From positions 1 through 64,000 of the forward strand of contig JAWLHB010000010.1 of the NCBI GenBank assembly GCA_041690595.1: DNA of 64,000 bases, in the 5' to 3' direction. Shown here piece after piece: positions 39,098 to 49,012 of the stretch. Position 1 is the first letter of the stretch, and every line of letters begins with the position of its first letter. The translations under genes and the position numbers were made by a program. Under the pieces are notes generated by a model, which worked only from the letters and a program-made list of their open reading frames with translations, made no database searches and was not told the DNA's origin. Source of the DNA: Lentisphaeria bacterium (GTDB lineage Bacteria; Verrucomicrobiota; Lentisphaeria; JABSQK01; JAWLHB01).

Positions 39098-40876
39098 TCA
39101 GCCGTTGACGGGAGGTGGGACAGGCTGCTGCACGGTCTGCGGAAAAAGCAGATCGATGAAACGCTGCGCGGTTGGCTGGGGCTCGTGATTGGCAAGCCCG
39201 GGGCGCTCGTTCGCCTCGATCGTCACATAGTCCGGCTGGCGGTGATCCTGAACAATGAAATCCATCCCCACCACCGGAATCTCAAGTGCCGCCGCTGCCG
39301 CTACCGCTGCCTGTGCAAGGTGCGGATTCAGCTCTGCCGTCACATCCTGCAGGATGCCGCCCGTGTGCAGATTGGCCGTCTTGCGCACATGCAGACTCTT
39401 TCCCTCCTCCAGGACGTCATCGAGATCATGGCCGCAACGGCGCACGCAGCGTTCCGTCTCGTCATCGAGGGGTATCGTGCTTTCGCCGCAGGTCGCCGCC
39501 GCTCGACGCCGGCTCTGCTTCTCGATCAGCTTGCGTATGGGATGCTGACCGTTGCCGACCACCGAAGGAGGAATCCGCAAGGCCGCCGCAACGACCTTGT
39601 AGCCGATCACCACAATGCGCAGATCGCAGCCGCTCACACATTGTTCCAGGACCACGTCGTCACAGATCCGCGATGCACAATCGATGGCTGCGCGCATCTC
39701 GTCCGCGGTCGTCACATCGACGGCTACACCCCGTCCCTGTTCGCCGCGGGCAGGTTTCACGACGATACTGCCTGCGGTCTTCAGGAAAGCCTCATTCTCG
39801 GCATTGCTGCCGACTGACTGCTGGGCGGGTACGCTCAGCCCGGCACGCTGAAGTATGCGGCGCGTAATGCGCTTGTCGTCGCAACAGGTCATGGTGACCG
39901 CCGAAGTCAGATCCGTGAGCGATTCATGACAACGGATCGTACGTCCACCCCAGGTCAGGTTGAATATACCACTCTCTTTGTCCAGCACCTCCACCTGGAT
40001 GCCTCGCCGCCGTGCTTCCGTCACGATGATTTCCGCATACGGGTTGAACGACACGCTCGGCTCCTGAGCCGTGAAGAGTGGTTCATTGATCGGGTTCTTC
40101 CGCTTGATGGTGAAGACGGGCACCCGTTGGAAGTTCAGCTTCCTGTAGAGATGAATAGCGGCCTTGTTGTCATGCATGACGGAAAGATCCATGAACCGGC
40201 GCCCGCGGGAGTGGAACTCCCGGGCCATGTACTGAACCAGGGCACGACCGATTCCGGGGTAGGGCGCTTCCGGCGCAACCGCCAGGCACCACAGGCTGCT
40301 CCCCTGCTCCGGATCCCCGAAAGCGGCTACATGATCCACCCCCGTCACGGTTCCCAGCACATCTCCCGACTTCTCATCCACCGCCACCACGTGACAGACG
40401 GCATCGGATTGGCGACAGTCCAGAATAAAGGTCGTGGGCGCCTTGACCATGCCGTTTGCCGCATAGATGCGGTTCAGTGCCTTGCCGTCTGCGACAGTCT
40501 GAACGCCGCGCATGTGAAAGCCGGCCGGCTCGGGATCCAGCCTCTGCGCCTCGTTGAACCACAGGCGAAAGGTGTGGGAGGGGTCGAGAAAGAGTTGATC
40601 AGGCGCATACGAGAGCACCACATGGGGATCCGGCAGATAGAAGGCGATATCCCGCTCGTTCGGCTTCTCCTCGCAGAGGATACCGGCCAGCTTCCCGGAG
40701 TCCTTGAAGGTGTGGGCAAAGATCAGGCGCCCCCATCCCATGTCAAGTGTCACGTCGCTTTGTGGCCGTCGATGATCGCTGGCATCGTCGCCATCGTCCA
40801 AGGCCGACCAGTGCCGAAGGGACGGGGGAACCGCACGCTCCAGATCCGTCCTTTCCTTTTGTTGCTTCTTCGTCAT
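39098..40876 (-). CDS. ngg: N-acetylglutaminylglutamine synthetase (GNAT plus ATP-grasp)
   Basis: MGWGRLIFAHTF, LFLDPSHTFR, GSSLWCLAV, KPARGEQG, EANERPGLANHEPQPTA. Confidence 0.93.
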   Translation of the reverse strand: MTKKQQKERTDLERAVPPSLRHWSALDDGDDASDHRRPQSDVTLDMGWGRLIFAHTFKDSGKLAGILCEEKPNERDIAFYLPDPHVVLSYAPDQLFLDPSHTFRLWFNEAQRLDPEPAGFHMRGVQTVADGKALNRIYAANGMVKAPTTFILDCRQSDAVCHVVAVDEKSGDVLGTVTGVDHVAAFGDPEQGSSLWCLAVAPEAPYPGIGRALVQYMAREFHSRGRRFMDLSVMHDNKAAIHLYRKLNFQRVPVFTIKRKNPINEPLFTAQEPSVSFNPYAEIIVTEARRRGIQVEVLDKESGIFNLTWGGRTIRCHESLTDLTSAVTMTCCDDKRITRRILQRAGLSVPAQQSVGSNAENEAFLKTAGSIVVKPARGEQGRGVAVDVTTADEMRAAIDCASRICDDVVLEQCVSGCDLRIVVIGYKVVAAALRIPPSVVGNGQHPIRKLIEKQSRRRAAATCGESTIPLDDETERCVRRCGHDLDDVLEEGKSLHVRKTANLHTGGILQDVTAELNPHLAQAAVAAAAALEIPVVGMDFIVQDHRQPDYVTIEANERPGLANHEPQPTAQRFIDLLFPQTVQQPVPPPVNG

Positions 40877-40886
40877 GATAATACCT

Positions 40887-42659
40887 TCACAGCGCATGGG
40901 TTTGCAGCCATAATTCCAGCAGGGCAATCTGCCAGAGTTTGGAGCCGCGGAGTGGCGTAATGTGCGACTCGGGATCTTTCAGCAGGGTACTGACATAATC
41001 CTGCCGGAAAATCCCTCGTTGACGGGCAGCGGGGTCTTCCAGGATGGTGCGAACGAAGCCGAGATAATCCCCGCGCAGATACTTGAGTGCGGGGACCGGA
41101 AAATAACCCTTCGGTCGATCGATGACGGCGGCGGGTATCACCTGCCGCGCCGCTTCCTTGAGAACATGCTTGCCACTCCCCTTTACCTTCAGCTCCGCGG
41201 GCACACGCGCCGCGAGCTCCACCAATTCATGATCGAGAAAGGGTACGCGTGCTTCCAGCCCCCAGGCCATGGTCATGTTGTCCACCCGCTTCACTGGGTC
41301 ATCGACCAGCATGATGCCGGTGTCCAGGCGTAACGTCTTGTCGATGGCGCGCGTGGCGCCGGGTAGGGCAAAGTGGTCGCGAACGAAGTCCATGGCAAAG
41401 TCTTCCGTGGCCAGACCCGCTTCCACCACCTGCGAGTACTCCGCAAAATCGCGGTCGAAGAAGACGCTTGCGTAGTCGCTGACGGGCGAACTGCTTTCCA
41501 GCATGGGCGGATACCAGTGATACCCGGCAAACACTTCGTCAGCCCCCTGACCGCTCTCCACCACCTTCACATGTCGGGCGACCTCCTGCGACAGAAGGTA
41601 GAAACCGATCAGGTCATGGCTCACCATCGGCTCCGACGACGCGGCCACCGCATCCGGCAGGGCCGTCAGCGTGGGGGCTGCATCGATACGAATCTGGTGA
41701 TGGCGCGTCTCGAATTCCCGTGCAATGATATCGGAGTACTTGAACTCGTCCCCTGCCTCCTCGTCGACCGAATCGAACCCGATAGAGAAGGTCTCGATAT
41801 GATTGTGCCCACATTCCGCCAGCAGGCCGACGATGAGGCTTGAATCCAATCCGCCCGAAAGCAGGACACCGACGGGCACGTCGGCGGTCAGCCGGCGTTC
41901 CACCGCCCGCCGCAACTCCCCGAGCACGCACTCCTGCCATTCCTCCTCGGATCGGCCCGCTTCCCCAGCTCTGGGGCCGAAATGGGGCTGCCACCACGTA
42001 CGAATCTGCCGTTTTCCGCCCGGCTCGATTGTCAGGGTGGAAGCAGGCGGCAGCTTTCGTATGCCATTCACGATGGTGTGCGGGGCCGGTACGACTGCAT
42101 GGAACGACATGTAGCAGTTCAACGCGACAGGGTCGATGCTCGTGTCGAGACCATCCACATGAAGCAGCGCCGGAAGCGTCGAGGCAAAGTGGAAGACGTC
42201 GCCGGAATCGGCATAATAGAATGGCTTGATGCCCAGCCGATCACGCGCCATGAAGACGCGATTGGAATCGCGCTCGTGTATGGCAAATGCAAACATGCCA
42301 TTGAAGCGTTCAACGCAGGATTCGCCCCATTCGGCGTACGCTTTGAGGATAACCTCGGTATCTCCCTTGGAAAAGAAGAGATGCCCCTTGGCCCGAAGCT
42401 CCTCGCGCAGTTCCACATAGTTGTAGATCGCCCCATTGTAGACAATCGTCAGCCCGAGGGCGCTGTCCACCATCGGCTGGCGGGAGTGCTCGCTCAGGTC
42501 GATGATTTTGAGGCGACGGTGGCCGAAAGCCACATTGTCAAAATGTACAACACCGCTGCCATTCGGTCCCCGCCGCGCCATGGCATGCGTCATCTTCTCC
42601 ACGGTTACAGACGAGGCGGCATTCTTATCGAAGCGGATCTCTCCGCAAATCCCACACAT
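40887..42659 (-). CDS. asnO: N-acetylglutaminylglutamine amidotransferase (AsnB-like)
   Basis: MCGICG, GHRRLKIIDL, LLSGGLDSS, SGQGADEVFAGYHWY, DDPVKRVDNMTM; adjacent to ngg. Confidence 0.93.
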   Translation of the reverse strand: MCGICGEIRFDKNAASSVTVEKMTHAMARRGPNGSGVVHFDNVAFGHRRLKIIDLSEHSRQPMVDSALGLTIVYNGAIYNYVELREELRAKGHLFFSKGDTEVILKAYAEWGESCVERFNGMFAFAIHERDSNRVFMARDRLGIKPFYYADSGDVFHFASTLPALLHVDGLDTSIDPVALNCYMSFHAVVPAPHTIVNGIRKLPPASTLTIEPGGKRQIRTWWQPHFGPRAGEAGRSEEEWQECVLGELRRAVERRLTADVPVGVLLSGGLDSSLIVGLLAECGHNHIETFSIGFDSVDEEAGDEFKYSDIIAREFETRHHQIRIDAAPTLTALPDAVAASSEPMVSHDLIGFYLLSQEVARHVKVVESGQGADEVFAGYHWYPPMLESSSPVSDYASVFFDRDFAEYSQVVEAGLATEDFAMDFVRDHFALPGATRAIDKTLRLDTGIMLVDDPVKRVDNMTMAWGLEARVPFLDHELVELAARVPAELKVKGSGKHVLKEAARQVIPAAVIDRPKGYFPVPALKYLRGDYLGFVRTILEDPAARQRGIFRQDYVSTLLKDPESHITPLRGSKLWQIALLELWLQTHAL

Positions 42660-42876
42660 TCTGAGAGTATCTCCTTGGCAATTCGAGGCCAGTCAGAAGG
42701 CCATGCTTGCGGTTCTCGCTGGCACCTCCGACATAAACGAAATCGCCACACCGCCCTGAAGTGTGAATATAATAGCGATTTTGACGATCCGCAAATGCTT
42801 AATCACCAAACTAGACGTTTTTGACTATTTTAAGATCGTTTTATCCGTGAAAGCCGATACCGGATTAGGTCAGCTG

Positions 42877-42900
42877 AAAAGCGACGAATAATTGTCGCTT
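42877..42900 (-). terminator. Possible terminator or operator palindrome
   Basis: AAGCGAC-8nt-GTCGCTT; the minus strand ends GCTTTTC (short U tract). Confidence 0.4.
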
Positions 42901-43158
42901 AAGATCGCTGAGTTACGCCAGCTTCTACTTCCGAATGCAGGCGAGACGATGTACTGGCCCATCTGCTGATCGATAACCGACTCCGAGCCCGATTCATCAC
43001 TCAAGATCCCTTCAGTTCCTGCCGCGGCAGCGCAAGGCAGACCACGATCGCCGGCGTCCGCGAATGGACGCCGTCACCCACGATACGGCGCAGACGCGCC
43101 GGATGATCCGCACACAGCCCAGTCAGGTGTGCGAATCAAGTAGGGACGCAGTCGTGGT

Positions 43159-45270
43159 TCAGAGAATGCGGAGCATCTCGTCGAAGGAGGTGGTGCCTTC
43201 GAGGACATGATGGATGATGTGAGTACGCAGGGGGATCATCTCCGCATCGAAGGCGGCCTTCTTGAGATTCGCCAGCGACGGATCGTCAACGATCGCCTGA
43301 CGATAGCTGTCGTTGAGCTTGAGGATCTCATAGACGCCGATGCGCCCGTGATAGCCGGTCTGCAGGCAGTTGGAGCAACCTTTGCCGCGGTGGAGCTTTA
43401 CCTCCTTGTCCGGGGCAATGCCCAGCTCCTCTTTCTCCTTCGCCGATGCATCATAGGCTTCCTTGCACTCCGCGCAGACGCGTCGCACAAGCCGCTGAAA
43501 GATGATGCCCGCCACCGCATGGCTGACCATGAATGGCCGCACGCCAAGCTGAATGAACGACGAAATGCAGGTAGTCGCGGAATTCGCATGAATGGTCGAC
43601 AGCACCAACGAACCCGTCATGGCGGCTCGAACCGCAATCTCGGCGGTTTCGTCATCACGGATTTCGCCCACCATGATGACATCCGGATCTTGCCGAAGGA
43701 TCGCCCGCAGGCCCAAGGCAAAGGTGACACCACGCTTGAGGTTGACCTGCATCTGGTTGATGCCCGCAATGTCGAACTCCACCGGATCCTCGATGGCCAC
43801 GATATTGTGCGTGAAGCAATCCAGGGCGTTGAGACACGAATAGAGGGTGGTCGTCTTGCCGCTGCCGACCGGGCCGGTGGTTACCACCAGGCCATTTGGC
43901 AGGCTGAGTATGGAACTCAGCAACTTGCGCTGCTCCGCGGTCATGCCGAGCTGCTCAAAGCTGCTGGAGGCCATATCCGACTGCACCAGGCGCATGGCGA
44001 TCTTTTCACCGTAGATGGTCGGGATCGTGCTGATGCGGAAATTCCGCTGCCGTTCCTGTACAGTCAGAATGAGATGGCCATCCTGCGGCAGGTGGCGCTG
44101 GGCGATATCCATGCCTGCCAGCGACTTGATGCGCGAAATCACTTTGCGCGATGTACTGAGGTCCAGGGTCATCACGTCGTGCAGAATGCCATCGACGCGA
44201 TAGCGGACGCGGGCCGCGTCTTTCTGCGGCTCAATGTGGATATCGGTCCCTTCGCTCTTCAGGACGCCGCGGACGATGACCGTCACCAGCTCGACCGCAG
44301 GCGTGACGCTCCCCGACTCGTCGACGTGAACGGACTCCTCGTCCTCTCCGACGGCCAGCTTCGAGTCATCCTTAGGCACGTGGCTCTCCATCAGCGAGTC
44401 GACCATGGAAGCAGGAGCAATGACCGGCTGCAAGTCCGATTCGAGCAGAAGCCCCATCTTGGCGAACTCGTGCACGTGGTGCGCTTCCTTGAACGCGACA
44501 TGCAGCGTATTCTCCACCAGTTTGTAGGGAAGCGCCTGGTGGCGGCGCAGCAGGAATGGCGGCAGCATGCGAACGATACGCGGTGGAATGTCCATTACCT
44601 CCTCCAGCGAATCAAAGGGCAGGTCGAGATCGTACGCAAGGGCGCTGGCGTACTGGACTTCAGTCACCTTGCCTTCCTTCAGCAGGCGATGCCGGAACTC
44701 TTCCTTGGCGCTGCTGGCCGCTTTCCAATGCGCATCCAGCTCATCTTCCGTCAGGATATTCTGATCGATGAGATAGGTGCAGAACTTGTCCCGCGGGCGG
44801 TTGCCGAAGGGCAGGCGAATCGGCGTGGAGAGTACATCCACCACATCCTGGGGTAACGCCATCTTGAGCTGCATGAGCGTGCGGTAAAGGGGCTGCCCAG
44901 TCCGCTTCTTCTGCTGCTGCGCTTCCTCCAGCTGCTGCGCATTGATGATGCCGCGATCGAGCAGCACCTGGCCGATAGAGTCGCGGACCGCATCGCGGTT
45001 CTCCCGCAGCTCGTGCAGTTGCTCTTCCGTGATCCACCCTTGCTCCAGCGCAATGTCGGCGATATCCTTGCCCTCCTGAGTGGAAATCGGCATCGGGATC
45101 TCGTACGACAGGACGTCCTTGATCGACTGCCAGGAGACATCCTTCTTCAGCAGCGCATAAAGAGTAGGCTGCTTGGCGCTCGTGCTGCTCTTGCCGACAG
45201 GCTGTGCGCCAGCCTGCCGCGTCGTATCCTGCGTCTCCTGTTTCTCGTCAGGGGTTGTATTCTCATTCAT
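43159..45270 (-). CDS. GspE/PilB family secretion/pilus ATPase with extended MshEN-like N-terminus
   Basis: DIHIEP, RYRVDG, PQDG, GPVGSGKTTT, EDPVE, LRQDPDVIMVGEIRD, CxxC pairs. Confidence 0.93.
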   Translation of the reverse strand: MNENTTPDEKQETQDTTRQAGAQPVGKSSTSAKQPTLYALLKKDVSWQSIKDVLSYEIPMPISTQEGKDIADIALEQGWITEEQLHELRENRDAVRDSIGQVLLDRGIINAQQLEEAQQQKKRTGQPLYRTLMQLKMALPQDVVDVLSTPIRLPFGNRPRDKFCTYLIDQNILTEDELDAHWKAASSAKEEFRHRLLKEGKVTEVQYASALAYDLDLPFDSLEEVMDIPPRIVRMLPPFLLRRHQALPYKLVENTLHVAFKEAHHVHEFAKMGLLLESDLQPVIAPASMVDSLMESHVPKDDSKLAVGEDEESVHVDESGSVTPAVELVTVIVRGVLKSEGTDIHIEPQKDAARVRYRVDGILHDVMTLDLSTSRKVISRIKSLAGMDIAQRHLPQDGHLILTVQERQRNFRISTIPTIYGEKIAMRLVQSDMASSSFEQLGMTAEQRKLLSSILSLPNGLVVTTGPVGSGKTTTLYSCLNALDCFTHNIVAIEDPVEFDIAGINQMQVNLKRGVTFALGLRAILRQDPDVIMVGEIRDDETAEIAVRAAMTGSLVLSTIHANSATTCISSFIQLGVRPFMVSHAVAGIIFQRLVRRVCAECKEAYDASAKEKEELGIAPDKEVKLHRGKGCSNCLQTGYHGRIGVYEILKLNDSYRQAIVDDPSLANLKKAAFDAEMIPLRTHIIHHVLEGTTSFDEMLRIL

Positions 45271-45386
45271 TGCGCCTATTTCTCCGAGTGCGGGTTGACC
45301 ATCTCGTGTGCCAGAGTCACCATAACATAAAGAGCGAAACTTGCATTCCAAGTGCATCATGAGCAGAGGATAACGGTTGTGCTACC

Positions 45387-46211
45387 ATGACAGACCATGA
45401 AACCAGAGACCGTGAAAGTGCCGCCAACCGGATGTACTGGAACGAGCTTGCAGCTGACTATCAGCGGGTCACCCGCATAAATTGTACCGGCTTTCACCTG
45501 GGGCCCCTGCTGCCCGATGCGGCAGAGCTGAAGCTCTTGCCGGAGGTCGGCGGCAGACGTTGCCTGGAGCTAGGCTGCGGAGCCGGCCAGAACAGCATCT
45601 ATCTGGCATCGCGGGGAGCCCGTTGCGTGGCGGTGGACGTGTCGGACGAGCAACTCGCTCATGGGCGAGGGCTTGCCGCGGCGCACAAGGTCGAGGTCAA
45701 TTTCCGGCAGGCCTCACTGGATGCCCTGCCGCTGGCCGAACTGGGCACCTTCCACTTCATACACTCCACCTTTGCACTGCCTTTCGCCAGCGACCCCGCC
45801 GCCGTGCTGCGGGACATCGCAAGCCTGCTGGAACCGGGGGGAACCCTCCTCCTGTCGACGGCGCACCCGGTCTTCGCCGGCGAATGGCTGGAGATCGAGG
45901 AGGAAGGCGAGGGGCTCTTCCTCGGCAACTATTTCGAGCCGCCGCCCGATGTGCGTTTCAGCGAGATGAATGACGGCCAGGTCTTTATCTGCAGCCGGGC
46001 TTATCCTCTGGGGGTGACCATCGACTGGATTCTCGACGCGGGGTTGACCCTGCGGCGCCTGCTGGAACCACGCCCCCTGCCCATCCCGACAATGTCGGAA
46101 GCCGAGATTCGACGCCAGGTCCCCTACGACAGCCCTTCCTGGCGCGAGCTGTACGGGCAGATTGCGCGGGTGCCCGTGGTGGCCGTCTTCCTCGCCGTGC
46201 GCCAAGAGTGA
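45387..46211 (+). CDS. Class I SAM-dependent methyltransferase
   Basis: LELGCGAG, VDVS, LEPGG. Confidence 0.88.
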   Translation: MTDHETRDRESAANRMYWNELAADYQRVTRINCTGFHLGPLLPDAAELKLLPEVGGRRCLELGCGAGQNSIYLASRGARCVAVDVSDEQLAHGRGLAAAHKVEVNFRQASLDALPLAELGTFHFIHSTFALPFASDPAAVLRDIASLLEPGGTLLLSTAHPVFAGEWLEIEEEGEGLFLGNYFEPPPDVRFSEMNDGQVFICSRAYPLGVTIDWILDAGLTLRRLLEPRPLPIPTMSEAEIRRQVPYDSPSWRELYGQIARVPVVAVFLAVRQE

Positions 46212-46251
46212 ACTATAGTAAATCCCCAGCAGGAACAACAAGGAGGACATA

Positions 46252-47175
46252 GTGTCGGAACTGGTCGTAATCGGGCTCAACCCGGCGCTGCAGAAGGCGC
46301 TGATCTTCGACCATCTGCAGGTGGGGGAGGTGAATCGCGCCCGCCACATGAACCGGGTGCCCGGTGGCAAAGGCTATCACTGCGCCCGGGCCGCCGCCAC
46401 CATCGCTCCCGCAAGCTGCACTGTTGCCCACTTCCTGGGCGGAGAGACCGGGCGCTTTGTCTCCGATTTCCACGACCGTCTCGGCATCCGCCAGGCGACC
46501 GTCGAGATCGAGGGGGAAACCCGTACCTGCACAACCATTCTCGATCAAGCCACCGGCCAGATGACGGAGTTGATCGAGCCTTCAGCGACGGTGCCCCCGA
46601 TAGCCGTCGACGCCATGCGGGAGAAACTCGAGCCGCTGCTTGCCGGGGCGCGCGCCATCGCCCTCTGCGGCACCTATCCGCCAGGCGTCGATGATGATTT
46701 TTATGCCTGGGTCGCTCGAAAAAAGAGCCAATCCCTTCTCTTGCTGGACGGCTATCGGGGTGTTGATACCACCCTGGCCACGGGCAAGGTGGACATCCTC
46801 AAGATCAATGCACGCGAATTGCGGGCCTTGATGAACGAGGACGATCTCGATCGGGCGGCGCGTGCCGCCATGGAGAAGCACGCTCTTGCCTGTGTTGCGA
46901 TCACCGACGGACCGCATACCGCACACCTTTGGACGCCGCGAGCACACTGGCAGTGGCAACTTCCAGAGCTTGACCAAGTCGTTAATCCAATCGGCGCGGG
47001 CGATACCGTGGCCGGCGTCATGCTGGTATATTGTCTGCGGGGTGCCGCGGTAGAGGATGCCTTTGGGTGGGGACTTGCCGCCGCTTCCGCCTCCTGCCGG
47101 CATCTGGAAGGCGCCCGTTTCGACCTCGATTCCATGGCTCGGGTACATGCACAGATCATTCGGAAATCCATTTAG
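46252..47175 (+). CDS. PfkB family (1-phosphofructokinase-like) sugar kinase
   Basis: LNPAL, PGGKG, ETRTC, LKINARE, NPIGAGD; GTG start with AAGGAGG RBS. Confidence 0.9.
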   Translation: MSELVVIGLNPALQKALIFDHLQVGEVNRARHMNRVPGGKGYHCARAAATIAPASCTVAHFLGGETGRFVSDFHDRLGIRQATVEIEGETRTCTTILDQATGQMTELIEPSATVPPIAVDAMREKLEPLLAGARAIALCGTYPPGVDDDFYAWVARKKSQSLLLLDGYRGVDTTLATGKVDILKINARELRALMNEDDLDRAARAAMEKHALACVAITDGPHTAHLWTPRAHWQWQLPELDQVVNPIGAGDTVAGVMLVYCLRGAAVEDAFGWGLAAASASCRHLEGARFDLDSMARVHAQIIRKSI

Positions 47176-47179
47176 AACC

Positions 47180-49012
47180 ATGAGCACCGCATCGCCACGC
47201 AAGCATCGCCCGAGCACACCGTCACGTCAAGCGCTCGTCTTTGAAGTCGCCTGGGAAATCTGCCAGCAGCTCGGTGGCATCTATACCGTGATGCGCACCA
47301 AAGTGCCGGCCATGAAGGAACACCTTGGCGACCGCTACGTGATGGTTGGCCCCTACAGCCCACGCCTCTCGCCCATGGAATTCGAACCCGCCGAGCCGGA
47401 AGGCATGCTCAGTGACGCCATCGAACGGCTGGCCGGGGAAGGCGTAAAGGCACACTTCGGCTACTGGCTCTGTACGGGACGACCGGCGGTTGTCTTGCTG
47501 GACATCGCCACCGATCCAAAAGAGCTGGAGAGCATCAAGTATCATTACTGGCGCAATCATTCGATCAACCTGCCGGGTGGGGATCAGTTGCTGGACAATG
47601 TTCTGGTCTTCGGCGATCGCGTTCGCGCCTTCTTCAAAGCCGTGGCGGAAGCGGCGACAGAGACGCCCCTGCTGGCCCATTTCCATGAATGGATGTCCAG
47701 TACCGCCATCGCCGAGATCCGGCGCCTGCAACTCCCTGTTGCCACCGTCTTCACGACCCATGCAACGCTGCTCGGCAGACACCTCGCCATGCGCAACCCA
47801 TGGTTCTACAACAGCCTGGAAACCACCAACTGGCTGCAGGAAGCACAATCCTTCGGAATCGAAACACAGGTGCGCCTCGAACGCACGGCGGCAACCCATT
47901 GCACGACCTTCACCACCGTCAGCGAGGTAACCGGACAGGAGTGCCAGTACCTGCTGGGACGCAAGCCGGACGTCATCCTGCCGAACGGCCTGAACATCGA
48001 ACGCTACGCCGCCGTCCACGAGTTCCAGAACCTCCACCGGATCAACAAGGAACGCCTGCATCAGTTCGTCATGGGCCATTTCTTCCCCAGCTACACCTTC
48101 GATCTGGAGACCACCAGCTACTTCTTCACCTCCGGAAGGTATGAGTACCACAACAAAGGCTTCGACCTGACACTCGAGGCGCTCTCGCGGCTCAACCTGC
48201 GCCTTCGTCAGGCCAACAGCGATCGCACCGTCGTCTTCTTCCTCGTGACGCGCCGCGATTTCCATTCGATCAATCCGGACGTGCTCAACCGGCGGGCCAT
48301 GATGGAGGAGATGCGCAACACCTGTGAAGAGGTGCAGCGACAGGTGGGTGAGCGGCTATTTCAGGCTGTTGCCGCACGCCGGTCGCCCAGTCTCGACTCT
48401 CTGGTGGACGAACGCTGGAAGCTCCGTCTGCGCCAGTTCATGTATGCGTGGCAGACGGAGCAGTTGCCGCCCATCGTAACGCACAACCTTCATGACGACC
48501 GCCACGATCAGGTTCTCAATCAGCTTCGCGCGAGCAACCTCATCAATCTGCCCGAAGACCGAGTGAAGGTCGTCTACCATCCAGACTTCGTCACCCCCAG
48601 CAGCCCCCTTTTCGGGATGGACTATCCGCAGTTCGTGCGTGGCTGTCACATGGGTATCTTCCCCAGCTGCTACGAACCGTGGGGCTATACGCCAATGGAG
48701 TGCGTGGCCAGCGGCATCCCCGCGATCACCAGCGATTTTAGCGGCTTTGGCGCTTACCTGCTGAACAACCTGCCAACCTGCCAGCGCAACGGCTTGTACG
48801 TCGTGCGGCGGCGAAACCTGGATTTTGCCGGTGCCGCCGACGATCTTGCCGATTATCTGTGGCGCTACCTCAAGATGGGACTCCGCGACCGCATTACCAT
48901 GCGCAATCGCGTGGAGGCTTTCTCCGAGAACTTCGGTTGGGTGAAGCTGGTCAAGTTCTACCTGCAGGCGCACGATGATGCGCTGCGAAAGGAGGCCAAT
49001 GGCGGAGCCTGA
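47180..49012 (+). CDS. Glycogen synthase, GT3 (eukaryote-like) family
   Basis: FEVAWE..QLGGIYTV, HFHEW, FTTHATLLGR, SGRYEYHNKG, RVKVVYHPDF, GCHMGIFPSCYEPWGYTP.EC. Confidence 0.92.
   Translation: MSTASPRKHRPSTPSRQALVFEVAWEICQQLGGIYTVMRTKVPAMKEHLGDRYVMVGPYSPRLSPMEFEPAEPEGMLSDAIERLAGEGVKAHFGYWLCTGRPAVVLLDIATDPKELESIKYHYWRNHSINLPGGDQLLDNVLVFGDRVRAFFKAVAEAATETPLLAHFHEWMSSTAIAEIRRLQLPVATVFTTHATLLGRHLAMRNPWFYNSLETTNWLQEAQSFGIETQVRLERTAATHCTTFTTVSEVTGQECQYLLGRKPDVILPNGLNIERYAAVHEFQNLHRINKERLHQFVMGHFFPSYTFDLETTSYFFTSGRYEYHNKGFDLTLEALSRLNLRLRQANSDRTVVFFLVTRRDFHSINPDVLNRRAMMEEMRNTCEEVQRQVGERLFQAVAARRSPSLDSLVDERWKLRLRQFMYAWQTEQLPPIVTHNLHDDRHDQVLNQLRASNLINLPEDRVKVVYHPDFVTPSSPLFGMDYPQFVRGCHMGIFPSCYEPWGYTPMECVASGIPAITSDFSGFGAYLLNNLPTCQRNGLYVVRRRNLDFAGAADDLADYLWRYLKMGLRDRITMRNRVEAFSENFGWVKLVKFYLQAHDDALRKEANGGA

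Noticed and set aside
43207..44856. 549-aa plus-strand ORF (and similar long antisense ORFs at 2730, 9487, 50881)
   Set aside because: Each mirrors a better-supported gene on the opposite strand.
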